Below are positions 23,076 to 33,113 of a DNA stretch of 64,000 nt, piece by piece. The notes beneath the pieces were generated by a model that was not told where the DNA came from, searched no databases, and saw only the letters and a list, made by a program, of their open reading frames with translations. The translations under genes and the position numbers were made by a program. The stretch lies in the NCBI GenBank assembly GCA_965217185.1, contig OZ244252.1, forward strand, positions 2,336,001-2,400,000, written 5' to 3'. Source of the DNA: an uncultured Candidatus Entotheonella sp. (GTDB lineage: Bacteria; Tectomicrobia; Entotheonellia; Entotheonellales; Entotheonellaceae). Each line of letters starts with the position of its first letter. The first letter of the stretch is position 1.

Positions 23076-24164
23076 TCAACTCCCTTGTCGCATGCTGGAA
23101 AGAAACGGTTCAAACAGGTCAACGGCATCGTGCGGCCCGGGAGACGCTTCCGGGTGGAACTGCACCGAGAACACCGGCAGCTCGCGGTGCCTGACGCCTT
23201 CGACGACGTTGTCGTTCAGGTTGACGTGGGTCACTTCCAAAGCGTCCGGCAGGGTGCTCGGATCGACGGCGAAACCGTGGTTTTCTGCGGTGATCAGGAC
23301 GCGCTCGGTATGCAGGTCGCGGATGGGTTGGTTACCGCCGTGGTGCCCGAACTTCAGCTTCACGGTCTCGGCGCCGCTGGCGAGCGCGAGAATCTGATGT
23401 CCGAGACAGATGCCCATGATTGGTTTGACACCGATGAACCGCCGCACTTGGTCGATAACCGTCGGCAGGGCCGCCGGGTCTCCGGGACCGTTGGACAGAA
23501 AGACGCCGTCCGGTTGCAGGGCGAGCACCGCCGCGGCGGGCGTGCCGGCCGGCACCACGTGCACGCGGCAGCCGCGGCGGGTGAGGCAGCGCAGGATGTT
23601 GTGCTTGATGCCGTAGTCGTAGGCGACGACAAGCGGCGTGGCAGAGGCTGGGGCGTCTTCCGTCCAGTCGTACGGCGCTTCGCAGGTGACGTCCGTTACC
23701 AGATCCCGGCCACTCATCGACGGAACACCGCGCGCCCTCGCCACCAAAACGTCAGGGTCCAGTTCGACGGTCGAAATGATGCCCTCCTGGGCGCCGTGGT
23801 CGCGCAAGCGGCGGGTCAGCGTGCGCGTGTCGATGCCCTCGATGCCAACGATGCCGTGCTCGCGCATGAAGTCGGGCAGGCTCTGCTGGGCGCGCCAGTT
23901 ACTGACGATCGGGCTGCATTCCTTCACGATCAGGCCCTCGGCCCAGGGCTTTCTCGACTCGAAATCCTCCTCGTTGACGCCGTAATTGCCGATGAGCGGA
24001 TACGTCATGGTGACAATCTGCCCTTTGTACGACGGGTCGGTGAGGATTTCCTGGTAGCCCATCATGCTGGTATTGAACACCACTTCCCCGGCGACCTCTC
24101 CGGGCGCGCCGAAGGACTTGCCCTCGAAAACCGTTCCGTCTGCCAAGGCTAACAAGGCCCGCAT
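23076..24164 (-). CDS. carA: Carbamoyl-phosphate synthase small subunit
   Basis: [37 protein letters not shown]. Confidence 0.97.
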   Translation of the reverse strand: MRALLALADGTVFEGKSFGAPGEVAGEVVFNTSMMGYQEILTDPSYKGQIVTMTYPLIGNYGVNEEDFESRKPWAEGLIVKECSPIVSNWRAQQSLPDFMREHGIVGIEGIDTRTLTRRLRDHGAQEGIISTVELDPDVLVARARGVPSMSGRDLVTDVTCEAPYDWTEDAPASATPLVVAYDYGIKHNILRCLTRRGCRVHVVPAGTPAAAVLALQPDGVFLSNGPGDPAALPTVIDQVRRFIGVKPIMGICLGHQILALASGAETVKLKFGHHGGNQPIRDLHTERVLITAENHGFAVDPSTLPDALEVTHVNLNDNVVEGVRHRELPVFSVQFHPEASPGPHDAVDLFEPFLSSMRQGS

Positions 24165-24179
24165 GGCGTTTTGTGCTCC

Positions 24180-25514
24180 TTACTTGCGCTCAAAGATGAT
24201 CCTGCCTTCGACGATCGTCGCCATCGCCGCACCGCGCAACCGCCAGCCCAGAAACGGGGTGTTGTGGCTGCGTGAGTGCAAGGCGGCAGCGTCAACCTCG
24301 ACCTCGTATTCGGGATCGATCAGGGTGATGTCGGCCAACTCTCCGGTCCGCAGGGTGCCGTGCGGCAGGCTGAGAATGCGGGCCGGGCGACTGGTGTAGG
24401 CGGCGACAAGCTGCGGCAGGGGCAGCAGGCCGTCGTGGTACAGCCGCAGCGCCAACCCGACGTTGGTTTCCAGGCCGATCATGCCTGGTGCGGCCGCCAG
24501 AAAATCCTGCTCCTTGTCGGCCACGTGCTGCGGCAGGTGGTCGGAAGCGATGGCGTCGATCGTCCCGTCTCGCAGAGCCGCCCGCACCACCTCGACGTCC
24601 GGTGCCGGGCGCAGCGGCGGGTTGACCTTGGTGTTGGTGTCGTAACCCTTGACGGCCTCGTCGGTCAGCGTCAGGTAATGTGGACAGGTCTCCGCCGTCA
24701 CGTTCACGCCCCGGTCCTTGGCACGCCGCAACAGGCTGACCGTTTCCGCGGTGCTCACGTGCTGCACGTGCAGGTGCGCGCCGCTCAGGGCCGCCAGTTG
24801 GATATCGCGGTACACCATGATGCTTTCCGCCGCCGCCGGCACACTCGGAAGCCCCAGGATAGTGGACACCGCGCCCTCGTGCATGACGCCGTTGCCGGCG
24901 AGCACGCGGTCCTCGCAATGCGACAGGATGGGCAGGCCGAACATGCTGCCGTACTCCATGGCGCGGCGCATCAGGCGGGCGCTGCCGACAGATTGGGGGG
25001 CATCCGACAGGGCCACGATGCCGGCTTTGCGCATGCCGCCGATTTCGGCCAGCGTTTCGCCCTGCAAGCCGGCGGTCACGGCGCCGACCGGGTAGAGTCG
25101 GGTGCCGCAGGCGATTCCGGCGCGCCGCAGGATGTATTCGGTCACCGTCGGCGTATCGTGCACCGGTTGGGTGTCCGGCATCATCGCCACCGCGGTAAAG
25201 CCCCCGGCGGCAGCGGCGGCAAGCCCGCTGGCAATCGTTTCGCGGTGTTCGTAGCCCGGCTCGCCGAAGTGGACGTGCATGTCGATAAAACCCGGCGCCA
25301 CAATCCAGCCGGCGGCTTCCACAACCCGCGGCGCCGCGGACGGCGGCCCGCCTTCAGGCGACATCCCCGTCCCCATGAGGGAGGGGGCAGGGGAGGGGAA
25401 CGGTAGTTCGCGGCCGATCTCGGCGATGCGACCCTCGGCAACACGCACGTCCAGGTGGGCATCCAGTCCTTGCTCCGGGTCGATGACCCGGCCGCCGCGA
25501 ATCAGCAAGTCCAC
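24180..25514 (-). CDS. pyrC: Dihydroorotase (with N-terminal in-frame insertion)
   Basis: PGFIDMHVH, KVNPPLR, IASDH; pyr operon context. Confidence 0.93.
   Translation of the reverse strand: MDLLIRGGRVIDPEQGLDAHLDVRVAEGRIAEIGRELPFPSPAPSLMGTGMSPEGGPPSAAPRVVEAAGWIVAPGFIDMHVHFGEPGYEHRETIASGLAAAAAGGFTAVAMMPDTQPVHDTPTVTEYILRRAGIACGTRLYPVGAVTAGLQGETLAEIGGMRKAGIVALSDAPQSVGSARLMRRAMEYGSMFGLPILSHCEDRVLAGNGVMHEGAVSTILGLPSVPAAAESIMVYRDIQLAALSGAHLHVQHVSTAETVSLLRRAKDRGVNVTAETCPHYLTLTDEAVKGYDTNTKVNPPLRPAPDVEVVRAALRDGTIDAIASDHLPQHVADKEQDFLAAAPGMIGLETNVGLALRLYHDGLLPLPQLVAAYTSRPARILSLPHGTLRTGELADITLIDPEYEVEVDAAALHSRSHNTPFLGWRLRGAAMATIVEGRIIFERK
25365..25398. repeat. C/G palindromic element in-frame within pyrC
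   Basis: CCCCGTCCC-CATGA-GGGAGGGGGCAGGGGAGGGG; translated as PSPAPSLMGTG. Confidence 0.82.
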
Positions 25515-26443
25515 TAGCCGCCTCCCAGAATCAGATAGAGCAGGGCCATGCGCACCGCGACGCCGTTCGTGACCTGCTGCAGGATCACCGACGACAAGCC
25601 GTCCGCCACCTCGGGGGCGATCTCCACGCCGCGATTGATGGGACCGGGGTGCATCACCACCACGCCCTCCCTGGCGCGCCGCAGGCGCTCGGCAGTGAGG
25701 CAGTAGCGCTCGGCGTATTCCGCCAGCGACGGGAACAGCACGTCCTTGTGGCGCTCACGCTGCATGCGCAGCATCATGACGACGTCGGTGGACTGGATGG
25801 CCTCGTCGAAGTTACTGGTGGACTCGACGCCGAGTTGATCGAGACCCACCGGCAGCATGGTGCGCGGGCCGCAGACGCAGACGTGCATGCCGAGCTTTTG
25901 CATGGCCAGCACGTTCGAGCGCGCTACCCGGCTGCTGGCGATGTCGCCGACGATCAAGGCGTTTCGGCCCTGCAGCGAGCCCCATTTTTCTTGCAGCGTA
26001 AAGACATCCAGCAGCGCCTGGGTGGGGTGCTCGTGGGCGCCGTCGCCGGCATTGATGACCGGCTGCGGCACGGAGCGCGCCAGGAAATGCGGCACCCCGG
26101 CGACGTGGTGGCGCACGATCAGCACGTCGGCCTGCATCGCCGCCAGGTTATCGGCCATGTCCCGCAGGCTTTCACCCTTGCTGAAGCTGCTGGTGGCCAC
26201 GGAGATATTCACCACGTCGGCGCTGAGGCGCTTGCCGGCGATTTCAAACGAGGTGCGCGTCCGCGTGCTGGGCTCAAAGAACAGGTTGATGACAGTCTTG
26301 CCGCGCAGGGTCGGGACTTTCTTGATGTCGCGCTCGGAGACTTCTTTGAAGGAGGGAACGGCGTCCAGAATGTGTTGAATTTCCTCGGCGGAGAGGGTTT
26401 CAACGTCCAGGAGATCGCGGCCACGGAAGCTGATCGAACTCAT
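25514..26443 (-). CDS. pyrB: Aspartate carbamoyltransferase catalytic subunit
   Basis: [32 protein letters not shown]. Confidence 0.96.
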   Translation of the reverse strand: MSSISFRGRDLLDVETLSAEEIQHILDAVPSFKEVSERDIKKVPTLRGKTVINLFFEPSTRTRTSFEIAGKRLSADVVNISVATSSFSKGESLRDMADNLAAMQADVLIVRHHVAGVPHFLARSVPQPVINAGDGAHEHPTQALLDVFTLQEKWGSLQGRNALIVGDIASSRVARSNVLAMQKLGMHVCVCGPRTMLPVGLDQLGVESTSNFDEAIQSTDVVMMLRMQRERHKDVLFPSLAEYAERYCLTAERLRRAREGVVVMHPGPINRGVEIAPEVADGLSSVILQQVTNGVAVRMALLYLILGGG

Positions 26444-26471
26444 GGCGTTGTCTTTTCCCTGAGAAAATGCA

Positions 26472-27044
26472 TCAAGTCTCCTGCCGGGCCGCTTCCATAA
26501 GCGTGATGTCATCGCGGCCGTCGATTTCACTCACCTGCACGCGCACTTGATCGTCGTGCGCAGTTTGCAGGGTGGCGCCGACGTAATCGGCCTGAATGGG
26601 GAACTCGCGGTGGCCGCGGTCGACCAGCACCGCCAGTTGGACGGATAACGGGCGTCCGAAATCCGTGAGTGCGTCCATGGCCGCCCGAATGGTGCGTCCG
26701 GTGTACAGCACGTCATCCACCAGTACCACGTGCCGGGCGTCAAGCGGACAGGGAATATGCGTCGCCTGCATCGGTCGGCCTTGGCGTGCCTTGAGGTCGT
26801 CGCGGTAGAGCGTGATGTCGATAGTGCCCACGGGTATGTCCGTGCTCGTGTCGCTTTGGATCAGGGCGCCCAGCCGTTTGGCCAGCGGCACGCCGCGGGT
26901 GCGGATGCCGATGAGCACAAGGCGTGTCACCGGGGTGTTGCGTGTGCCAATTTCGCGGCCAAGGCGCCGCAGCGCCTGCTCGATGCCTGCGACGTCCAGC
27001 ACCTGCCTCCTGCCAGCGAGCTTTGTATGTCTCCGCACCTGCAA
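26472..27044 (-). CDS. pyrR: PyrR bifunctional regulator/uracil phosphoribosyltransferase
   Basis: [38 protein letters not shown]. Confidence 0.94.
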   Translation of the reverse strand: MQVRRHTKLAGRRQVLDVAGIEQALRRLGREIGTRNTPVTRLVLIGIRTRGVPLAKRLGALIQSDTSTDIPVGTIDITLYRDDLKARQGRPMQATHIPCPLDARHVVLVDDVLYTGRTIRAAMDALTDFGRPLSVQLAVLVDRGHREFPIQADYVGATLQTAHDDQVRVQVSEIDGRDDITLMEAARQET

Positions 27045-27069
27045 CCTCCGTCAGCGTTGGGCAGCGGAC

Positions 27070-27094
27070 AAAAAAAAGAGCCCCCAAGGGGCAC
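27070..27094 (-). terminator. Intrinsic terminator between surA-like gene and pyrR
   Basis: Minus strand GCCCC-TTG-GGGGC followed by TC and T8. Confidence 0.7.
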
Positions 27095-27100
27095 GGGATA

Positions 27101-28129
27101 CTAATCCTCATACAGTATCTTGACGTACGCCTGTAGCCGCAAGGCCTCAAGCCATTCCTGGTATTTGGCCTCGGTCTTCTCGCGCAGCAATTCGTTCTGC
27201 AGGTCCGCTTTAACGTCGTCGAATAACCTGAAGCTGTCCGCTTGGCGGTCTTCGAGGCGAATGAGGTGTAGCCCTACGCGGGTGCGTATCACGTCGCTGA
27301 TCTCGCCGGGCTGCAGGTTGGCCGTTGCCTCATCGAACCCCGGCAGCAGTTCGTTGGCCTGGAAGGTGCCCAGCAAGCCGCCGCGTTCCGCTGATGGCCC
27401 TTCGGAGTACTGACGCGCGAGGGCGGCAAAATCGCCGCCGTTGCGGATTTCCTGCAACACGCGCTCGGCTTCGGTTTGCCGCTGGGCCACGTCGTCGTCC
27501 GCAGCACGCTCCGGCAACAAGAACAGGATATGGCTCACCGTCTGGGTGCCGGCAATGCGGTAGCTTTCCTGCCGCGCCTCGTAAGCCTCCTGCAACTCGC
27601 TGTCGAGGATGATGAGGCGCGACCGCACCTCGGCGTTGGCGACCTTGCTGACCAACAGCCCCTCGCGGAGCTGCTGCCGGTAGCTCTCCAGGGTCATGCC
27701 GCGGCTTTTCAACATCTGCACCAACTGGTCGTCGGAGATCTGGTTCTGTTCCTTCAGCGCATCGACTTGCCGGTCAATGTCGTCGTCGCTGACGCTCATT
27801 TGCAACTGCCGCGCCCGGGCAAGCTGTAAATGGATATCCATGAGGTTGTTCAGCGTCTGCTTGTAAGCGGCGGAAATCTGCTCCCGCAGCCGCTCACCGC
27901 GATAGGTCTGGGCCAGTTGTGTCACCTCGAAGGCCATCGCCTCCCGCACTTCGCCAATGGTGATGATTTCCTCGTTCACCACCGCCGCGATGCCGTCCAG
28001 CGTAAGCGCCTCCTGCGCCCAACCTGCCGGTCCACTCAGGAGTATCAGCATGCAAACAGCCGCCGCCGGAAGAACACGCAACCTGCCGTTGACTTCATTC
28101 CCGCACGTTTTGTAGATGTCGTTCCGCAT
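27101..28129 (-). CDS. SurA-like periplasmic chaperone/parvulin PPIase
   Basis: Signal peptide, IAAVVNEEIIT, SHILF, FAALARQYSEG..AERGGLLG; AGGAG RBS before ATG 28129. Confidence 0.85.
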   Translation of the reverse strand: MRNDIYKTCGNEVNGRLRVLPAAAVCMLILLSGPAGWAQEALTLDGIAAVVNEEIITIGEVREAMAFEVTQLAQTYRGERLREQISAAYKQTLNNLMDIHLQLARARQLQMSVSDDDIDRQVDALKEQNQISDDQLVQMLKSRGMTLESYRQQLREGLLVSKVANAEVRSRLIILDSELQEAYEARQESYRIAGTQTVSHILFLLPERAADDDVAQRQTEAERVLQEIRNGGDFAALARQYSEGPSAERGGLLGTFQANELLPGFDEATANLQPGEISDVIRTRVGLHLIRLEDRQADSFRLFDDVKADLQNELLREKTEAKYQEWLEALRLQAYVKILYED

Positions 28130-28848
28130 CGTGCTCCTGCCTCCCACAATCCCGGCAAATGCTCTCGCTGGTTCCCGTTCCGTGACATGGGTTTCGGTGA
28201 TGATAGACACTCTTGATAGCCGGTTCAAGTCAGGGATGCCAGGGATCGTCTGAGTCCCGGACACATACCGGCGGCCTTCAGTGACGCTTGCGGCAGTCAC
28301 GAGTCGGCTTTTTCGGTCGGCACTATGCGGCCAGAGGTGGAGGCCGTCGTCCGGTCGTTCGCCGGCCTCAGGGGCTGGTGGGGAGTCAAAACCGGCGGCT
28401 TGCTCGCAGTCCGGCGACGGCAGCGGGTCTGACCGGTCCTGTGGTCCATATGGGGACGGCTCGCTGGCACCGATTCTTGGTGGGAAGGTATAATCGCAGA
28501 CCACTATCCGCGAAGCGAGCGGGGATATCCAATCAAATTTCCCCGCCTCCACCGTTTTCGGCTTTTTTTGGCACGAAAATCGCCCGCGCGGGTAGGAAAT
28601 TCGACGCGGCTTTCCGGGACTTCGCAGGAGCGCTAAAGTCTACATGCTGTCATCTTATTCGGAATGATGGAACAAAATCAGGGTGCGTTCAGGTAACGCC
28701 TGTCGAGAATTAAGGCCTGCCACGTCGTCTTCCGCATCGCCTGTGCCGAGCTGCTGTCCCTCAGTATCCTGCTTGGCATCATCCTGGCCGTGGTCCAGAG
28801 CATCTCCGACGCCCCACCGCACAACCTGGACGGGGAGCTTCCGTAATA

Positions 28849-31800
28849 ATGATTCAGCGACCTCAGAGATTGTTGTCCTGCGTTCTTGGCCAACGGACCA
28901 CCTGCCGCCATGTCAGTTCCCTCCTTCTCGTGGCCCTTATTGTCATAGGCCTGCCGGTGCTTTCGGGCGCCCAACAGACCTGTCAGCCCGATGGCGACGT
29001 CGATCAGAACGGAAGTGTCACCGTCGCGGATGCCCTGCTGGCATTTCAACAGGCGTTGAGCCTGGCTGATCTGAGTGCGTGCCAACAAAGCGTCGCGGAT
29101 GTATCGCCCCAGCCGGGTGCTCCGGACGGTAACATTACTGCGTCGGATGCCTTCTGCATTTTCCAGAAGGCTCTCGGTTTGCCGTCGTGCCTGGACATCC
29201 TGCCGCCGCCCAACGAACCGCCACTGGCCAATGCGGGTCCTGACAAGATTATCGTTGAAGGCGCGGTGGTCACGCTATCGGGGGCGGGCAGCGATTCCGA
29301 CGGCGTGATTGTCAGCCATACGTGGAAACAGACGGGCGGCACGAGGGTATCGATTGTCGGGGCCGCCCGTGCCGCCGCCGCGTTCACCGCACCCGATGTG
29401 TCAATGGACGAGACGCTGACTTTCCAGCTCACCGTCACGGACGACGACGGCGCGACCGACAGTGATGACGTAAGCGTGACGGTGGGAACTGGAGTCGAGG
29501 GATTTATCTCGGTCAGTGCCGGGTACCATCACACCTGTGGGTTGCGCGAGACGGGAACTGTGGAATGTTGGGGTCGTGATGAATATGGCCAATCCACACC
29601 GCTTGCGGACACGTTTACTTCGCTCAGTGCCGGGGGCTTTCATACCTGCGGGTTGCGCGAGACAGGCGTCGTGACGTGTTGGGGCGATAACGACTATGGT
29701 CAGTCCACGCCGCCTGCGGGCACCTTTGTCTCGGTTGGCGCTGGGGTCTTTCACACCTGCGGGTTGCGTGAGACGGGTGCCGTGGAATGCTGGGGTTCAA
29801 ATGGCCATGGTCAGTCCACGCCGCCTGCGGACACGTTTACTTCGCTCAGTGCCGGGGGCTTTCATACCTGCGGGTTGCGCGAGACCGGCGCCGTGGAATG
29901 CTGGGGTTGGGATAGCGACGGTCAGTCCACGCCGCCTGCGGGCCCGTTTGTCTCGCTCAGTGTCGGAATCTTCCATACCTGCGGGTTGCGTGAGACGGGC
30001 GCCGTGGAATGCTGGGGTTCAAATGGCCATGATCGATCGACGCCGCCTGCGGGCACCTTCACTTCGCTCAGTGCCGGGTACCGTCACACCTGCGGGTTGC
30101 GCGAGACAGACGCCGTGGAATGCTGGGGTTCAACTGCCCATGGTCGATCGACGCCGCCTGCGGGCACGTTTGCTTCGGTCAGCGCCGGGGGCTTTCACAC
30201 CTGCGGGGTATACGAAACAGGCGCCATGAAATGCTGGGGCGATGCTGAATATGGTCGATCGACGCCGCCTGCGGGCACGGTTACTTCGGTCAGTGTCGGG
30301 TATCACCACACCTGCGGGGTTCGCGAGACGGGCGCTGTGGAATGTTGGGGTAGCGATGACTATGGCCAATCGACGTCGCCTGCGGGCACGTTCACTTCGG
30401 TCAGTGCCGGGGGCTTTCACACCTGCGGGTTGCGTGAGACCGGCGCCGTGGAATGTTGGGGTTGGGATAGCGACGGTCAGTCCACGCCGCCTGCGGGCCC
30501 GTTCGTCTCGGTCAGTGCCCGGTACTATCACACCTGCGGGTTGCGCGACACGGGCGCTGTGGAATGCTGGGGTTCAAATGGCCATGGTCGATCGACGCCG
30601 CCTGCGGGCATGTTTGTCTCGCTCAGTGCCGGGTACCATCACACCTGCGGGTTGCGTGAGACGGGCGCGGCGGAATGTTGGGGTAGCGATGAACGTGGTC
30701 AATCCACGCTGCCTGCGGGCATCTTCACCTCGGTCAGTGCCGGGGGCTTTCACACCTGTGGGGTAGGTGAGACCGGCGCCGTGAAGTGCTGGGGTGATGA
30801 TGAGTATGGTCAGTCCACGCCGCTTGCGGGCCCGTTTGTCTCGGTCAGCGCCGGGTACCATCACACCTGCGGGTTGCGTGAGACGGGCGCCGTGGAATGC
30901 TGGGGCAGCGATGAACATGGTCAATCCACGCCGCTTGCCGGCACGTTTACCTCGGTCAGTGCCCGGTACTATCACACCTGTGGGATACGTGAGACGGGCG
31001 CCGTGGAATGCTGGGGCTCCAGCAGCCACGGTCGATCAACGCCGCCTGCTGGCACGACATCGGTCAGTTCCCGGTACTATCACACCTGCGGGTTGCGCGA
31101 GACGGGCGCCGTGGAATGCTGGGGTGATGATGAGTATGGTCAATCGACGCCGCCTGCGGGCGCGTTTACCTCGCTCAGTGCCGGGTACCGTCACACCTGC
31201 GGGTTGCGCGAGACAGGTGCCGTGGAATGCTGGGGTGGCGATGGGTATGGTCAGGGCACGCCGCCTGCGGGCACGTTTACTTCCGTCAGTGCCGGGTACC
31301 GTCACACCTGCGGGTTACGTGACACGGGTACCGTGGCATGCTGGGGTTCCAATGGCTATGGTCGATCGACGCCGCCTGCGGGCATGTTTGTCTCGGTCAG
31401 CGCCGGATACCACCATACCTGCGGGGTGCGGGAGACGGGTGCCATGGCATGTTGGGGTAGCGATGAATTTGGTCAATCCACACCGCTTGCGGGTACCTTT
31501 GTGTCGGTCAGTGCCGGATACCATCACACCTGCGGGTTGCGTGAAACCGGTGCTGTGGCTTGTTGGGGTGGCGATGACGATGGTCAATCCACACGGCTTG
31601 CGGGCGCCTTTGTGTCGGTCAGTGCCGGGGTTTCTCACACCTGCGGGTTGCGTGAGACGGGAGCCGTGGAATGCTGGGGTTCAAATGGCCATGGTCGATC
31701 GACGCCGCCTGCGGGCACGTTTACTTCGGTCAGTGCCGGGGGGGCTCAAACCTGCGGGGTGCGCAACATAGGCACTGTGGCCTGCTGGGGTGATGACGAA

Positions 31801-31854
31801 TTCGATCCTGATCTGGGAGGGCAAGGAGTCGGGGTCCTCAAGGACATTCGGTGA
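28849..31854 (+). CDS. Secreted protein: dockerin-like + PKD-like domain + 21 RCC1/BLIP-II-like repeats
   Basis: Hydrophobic signal; GDVDQNGSVTVADAL; ANAGPD...FQLTVTDDDG; repeated SAGxxHTCGLRETGAVECWG. Confidence 0.85.
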   Translation: MIQRPQRLLSCVLGQRTTCRHVSSLLLVALIVIGLPVLSGAQQTCQPDGDVDQNGSVTVADALLAFQQALSLADLSACQQSVADVSPQPGAPDGNITASDAFCIFQKALGLPSCLDILPPPNEPPLANAGPDKIIVEGAVVTLSGAGSDSDGVIVSHTWKQTGGTRVSIVGAARAAAAFTAPDVSMDETLTFQLTVTDDDGATDSDDVSVTVGTGVEGFISVSAGYHHTCGLRETGTVECWGRDEYGQSTPLADTFTSLSAGGFHTCGLRETGVVTCWGDNDYGQSTPPAGTFVSVGAGVFHTCGLRETGAVECWGSNGHGQSTPPADTFTSLSAGGFHTCGLRETGAVECWGWDSDGQSTPPAGPFVSLSVGIFHTCGLRETGAVECWGSNGHDRSTPPAGTFTSLSAGYRHTCGLRETDAVECWGSTAHGRSTPPAGTFASVSAGGFHTCGVYETGAMKCWGDAEYGRSTPPAGTVTSVSVGYHHTCGVRETGAVECWGSDDYGQSTSPAGTFTSVSAGGFHTCGLRETGAVECWGWDSDGQSTPPAGPFVSVSARYYHTCGLRDTGAVECWGSNGHGRSTPPAGMFVSLSAGYHHTCGLRETGAAECWGSDERGQSTLPAGIFTSVSAGGFHTCGVGETGAVKCWGDDEYGQSTPLAGPFVSVSAGYHHTCGLRETGAVECWGSDEHGQSTPLAGTFTSVSARYYHTCGIRETGAVECWGSSSHGRSTPPAGTTSVSSRYYHTCGLRETGAVECWGDDEYGQSTPPAGAFTSLSAGYRHTCGLRETGAVECWGGDGYGQGTPPAGTFTSVSAGYRHTCGLRDTGTVACWGSNGYGRSTPPAGMFVSVSAGYHHTCGVRETGAMACWGSDEFGQSTPLAGTFVSVSAGYHHTCGLRETGAVACWGGDDDGQSTRLAGAFVSVSAGVSHTCGLRETGAVECWGSNGHGRSTPPAGTFTSVSAGGAQTCGVRNIGTVACWGDDEFDPDLGGQGVGVLKDIR
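29503..31803 (+). repeat. Tandem array of 21 ~111-bp (37-aa) coding repeats
   Basis: Recurring CACACCTGCGGGTTGCG.GAGAC.GG.GCCGTGGAATGCTGGGG with 111-bp periodicity (one unit is a codon shorter). Confidence 0.95.
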
Positions 31855-31915
31855 GACGATGAGACCGGTTTTCCTTACCAGAACGTATGACAATCCTCAG
31901 GTGCGCTTACCCCGC

Positions 31916-32824
31916 CTAAAATTGGAAATCCGCCGACACGGCACAATGATCGGGATGCTCGCCGTGCCGGGGCCATTCGTGGGCCGAGTCCGGCACCAGC
32001 AGCGCCTCGGCCCCGCCGCCGAGAACCAAGTGGTCGATCAACGACGTGTACCGGGGGTCGCATTGGGTGGTCAGGTCCGAGGTGGACAAGACAAGCGGCG
32101 CGCTCGGTGGCGATAGGATTCGCCACGCCCAGTCGTCAGGCAACGCGAGGCGCCGGTTGAAATCCCCCAGGATGACGAACGCCGAACCCTCCGCCCGCCG
32201 GGCGTCGGTCCAATCCTTGAGCCGGTTGATCTGGCCGCGAAGCACGGCGCAATCTTCCGCGTCCTCGGGATTTCTGTCATTTGGCTCTCCCCAGCACCCT
32301 GTTACGAGGTGAACCGACAGTAGCCGCAGGTTTTGTCCGCTTTCCGTCACCGTAATATCGGTGCCCCACCGCTCGAAATGGCTCGCTTCGCCCAGGTCAT
32401 CCACGTCGGCGTTGCGGCGATAGGCGATCCCCCGGCGGATGGCGAACCCCGTTGCCAGATGCCCCAGACGCTGGCCCGGCCGACGCCAGCATTCGGGGCA
32501 CGGGCCTGTTTCCGGGCGGGACGACATTTCCACGTGCCAGCCTGACCTGGGGAAAACCCGGTGTGCCGCCGCTTCGTTCTCCACTTCCTGGAACGCGACG
32601 ATATCCAGGGCGAGTTCCTTCACCTGCACCGCGATGGCGTCGTAGTCGGCCTGCTCCCGCGGCAGGCAGCCGTCGGCGCCTGTATCGTCCAGATGTTCCA
32701 GGTTCCACGCCGCGATCCGCAGCCGTTGTCCCACCTCGTCATGGCAAGCCGAAGTCAGCAAGGCCAGCACAAAGAAGCACAACAATAGGCGAAAAGGGAC
32801 CATTCGCTTGACAGCCTCCCTCAT
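31916..32824 (-). CDS. Endonuclease/exonuclease/phosphatase (EEP) family lipoprotein
   Basis: Lipobox-like LTSAC; AAWNLE, FQEVE, SVHL, ILGDFN, IDHL, DHCAV. Confidence 0.82.
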   Translation of the reverse strand: MREAVKRMVPFRLLLCFFVLALLTSACHDEVGQRLRIAAWNLEHLDDTGADGCLPREQADYDAIAVQVKELALDIVAFQEVENEAAAHRVFPRSGWHVEMSSRPETGPCPECWRRPGQRLGHLATGFAIRRGIAYRRNADVDDLGEASHFERWGTDITVTESGQNLRLLSVHLVTGCWGEPNDRNPEDAEDCAVLRGQINRLKDWTDARRAEGSAFVILGDFNRRLALPDDWAWRILSPPSAPLVLSTSDLTTQCDPRYTSLIDHLVLGGGAEALLVPDSAHEWPRHGEHPDHCAVSADFQF

Positions 32825-32912
32825 TTGATTCCTTCCAATTCTGACTGGCGAGAGCATTTCCGTATCAGATTGCACCAGAAAGATGCCGGGCGGCTCTTGC
32901 GCCCCGTTTACT

Positions 32913-32949
32913 CCCTCTCCCCTGGAGGGAGAGGGTTGGGGTGAGGGGG
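32913..32949. repeat. C/G palindromic element, intergenic
   Basis: CCCTCTCCC-CTGGA-GGGAGAGGGTTGGGGTGAGGGGG, identical to part of the 52624 copy. Confidence 0.9.
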
Positions 32950-33010
32950 AAGTCCCGCATTGCAAGCCGTCTTGGTTCGAAAGTGCCCTCAAACCCCGCA
33001 CGCTGCGGAA

Positions 33011-33042
33011 GTCGGATTACGCCGGCGGCTAATCCGACCTAC
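33011..33042 (-). repeat. GTAG-family REP element
   Basis: Minus strand GTAG-GTCGGATTAGC-cgccg-GCGTAATCCGAC. Confidence 0.8.
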
Positions 33043-33113
33043 ATATTCTGTGGCGTGCGCCGCCGTCCAGCGCGCCATCCCCCACCCCGCCTGCGGTCTG
33101 ACCGCTCGTCCAA

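Noticed and set aside
28130..28848. Long intergenic region with a hairpin (GCGGGGA...TCCCCGC near 28519-28546) and an N-terminal extension of the surA ORF
   Set aside because: No recognisable RNA family; the RBS supports a start at 28129
29503..31803. CRISPR array or DGR target
   Set aside because: Repeats are in-frame coding units with no unique spacers; the nearby RT is a retron type and no TR/VR pair with adenine-specific differences was seen
32825..33001. N-terminal extension of the EEP ORF containing PSPQPSPSRGEG
   Set aside because: The lipoprotein signal indicates a later start, so this palindrome copy is treated as intergenic
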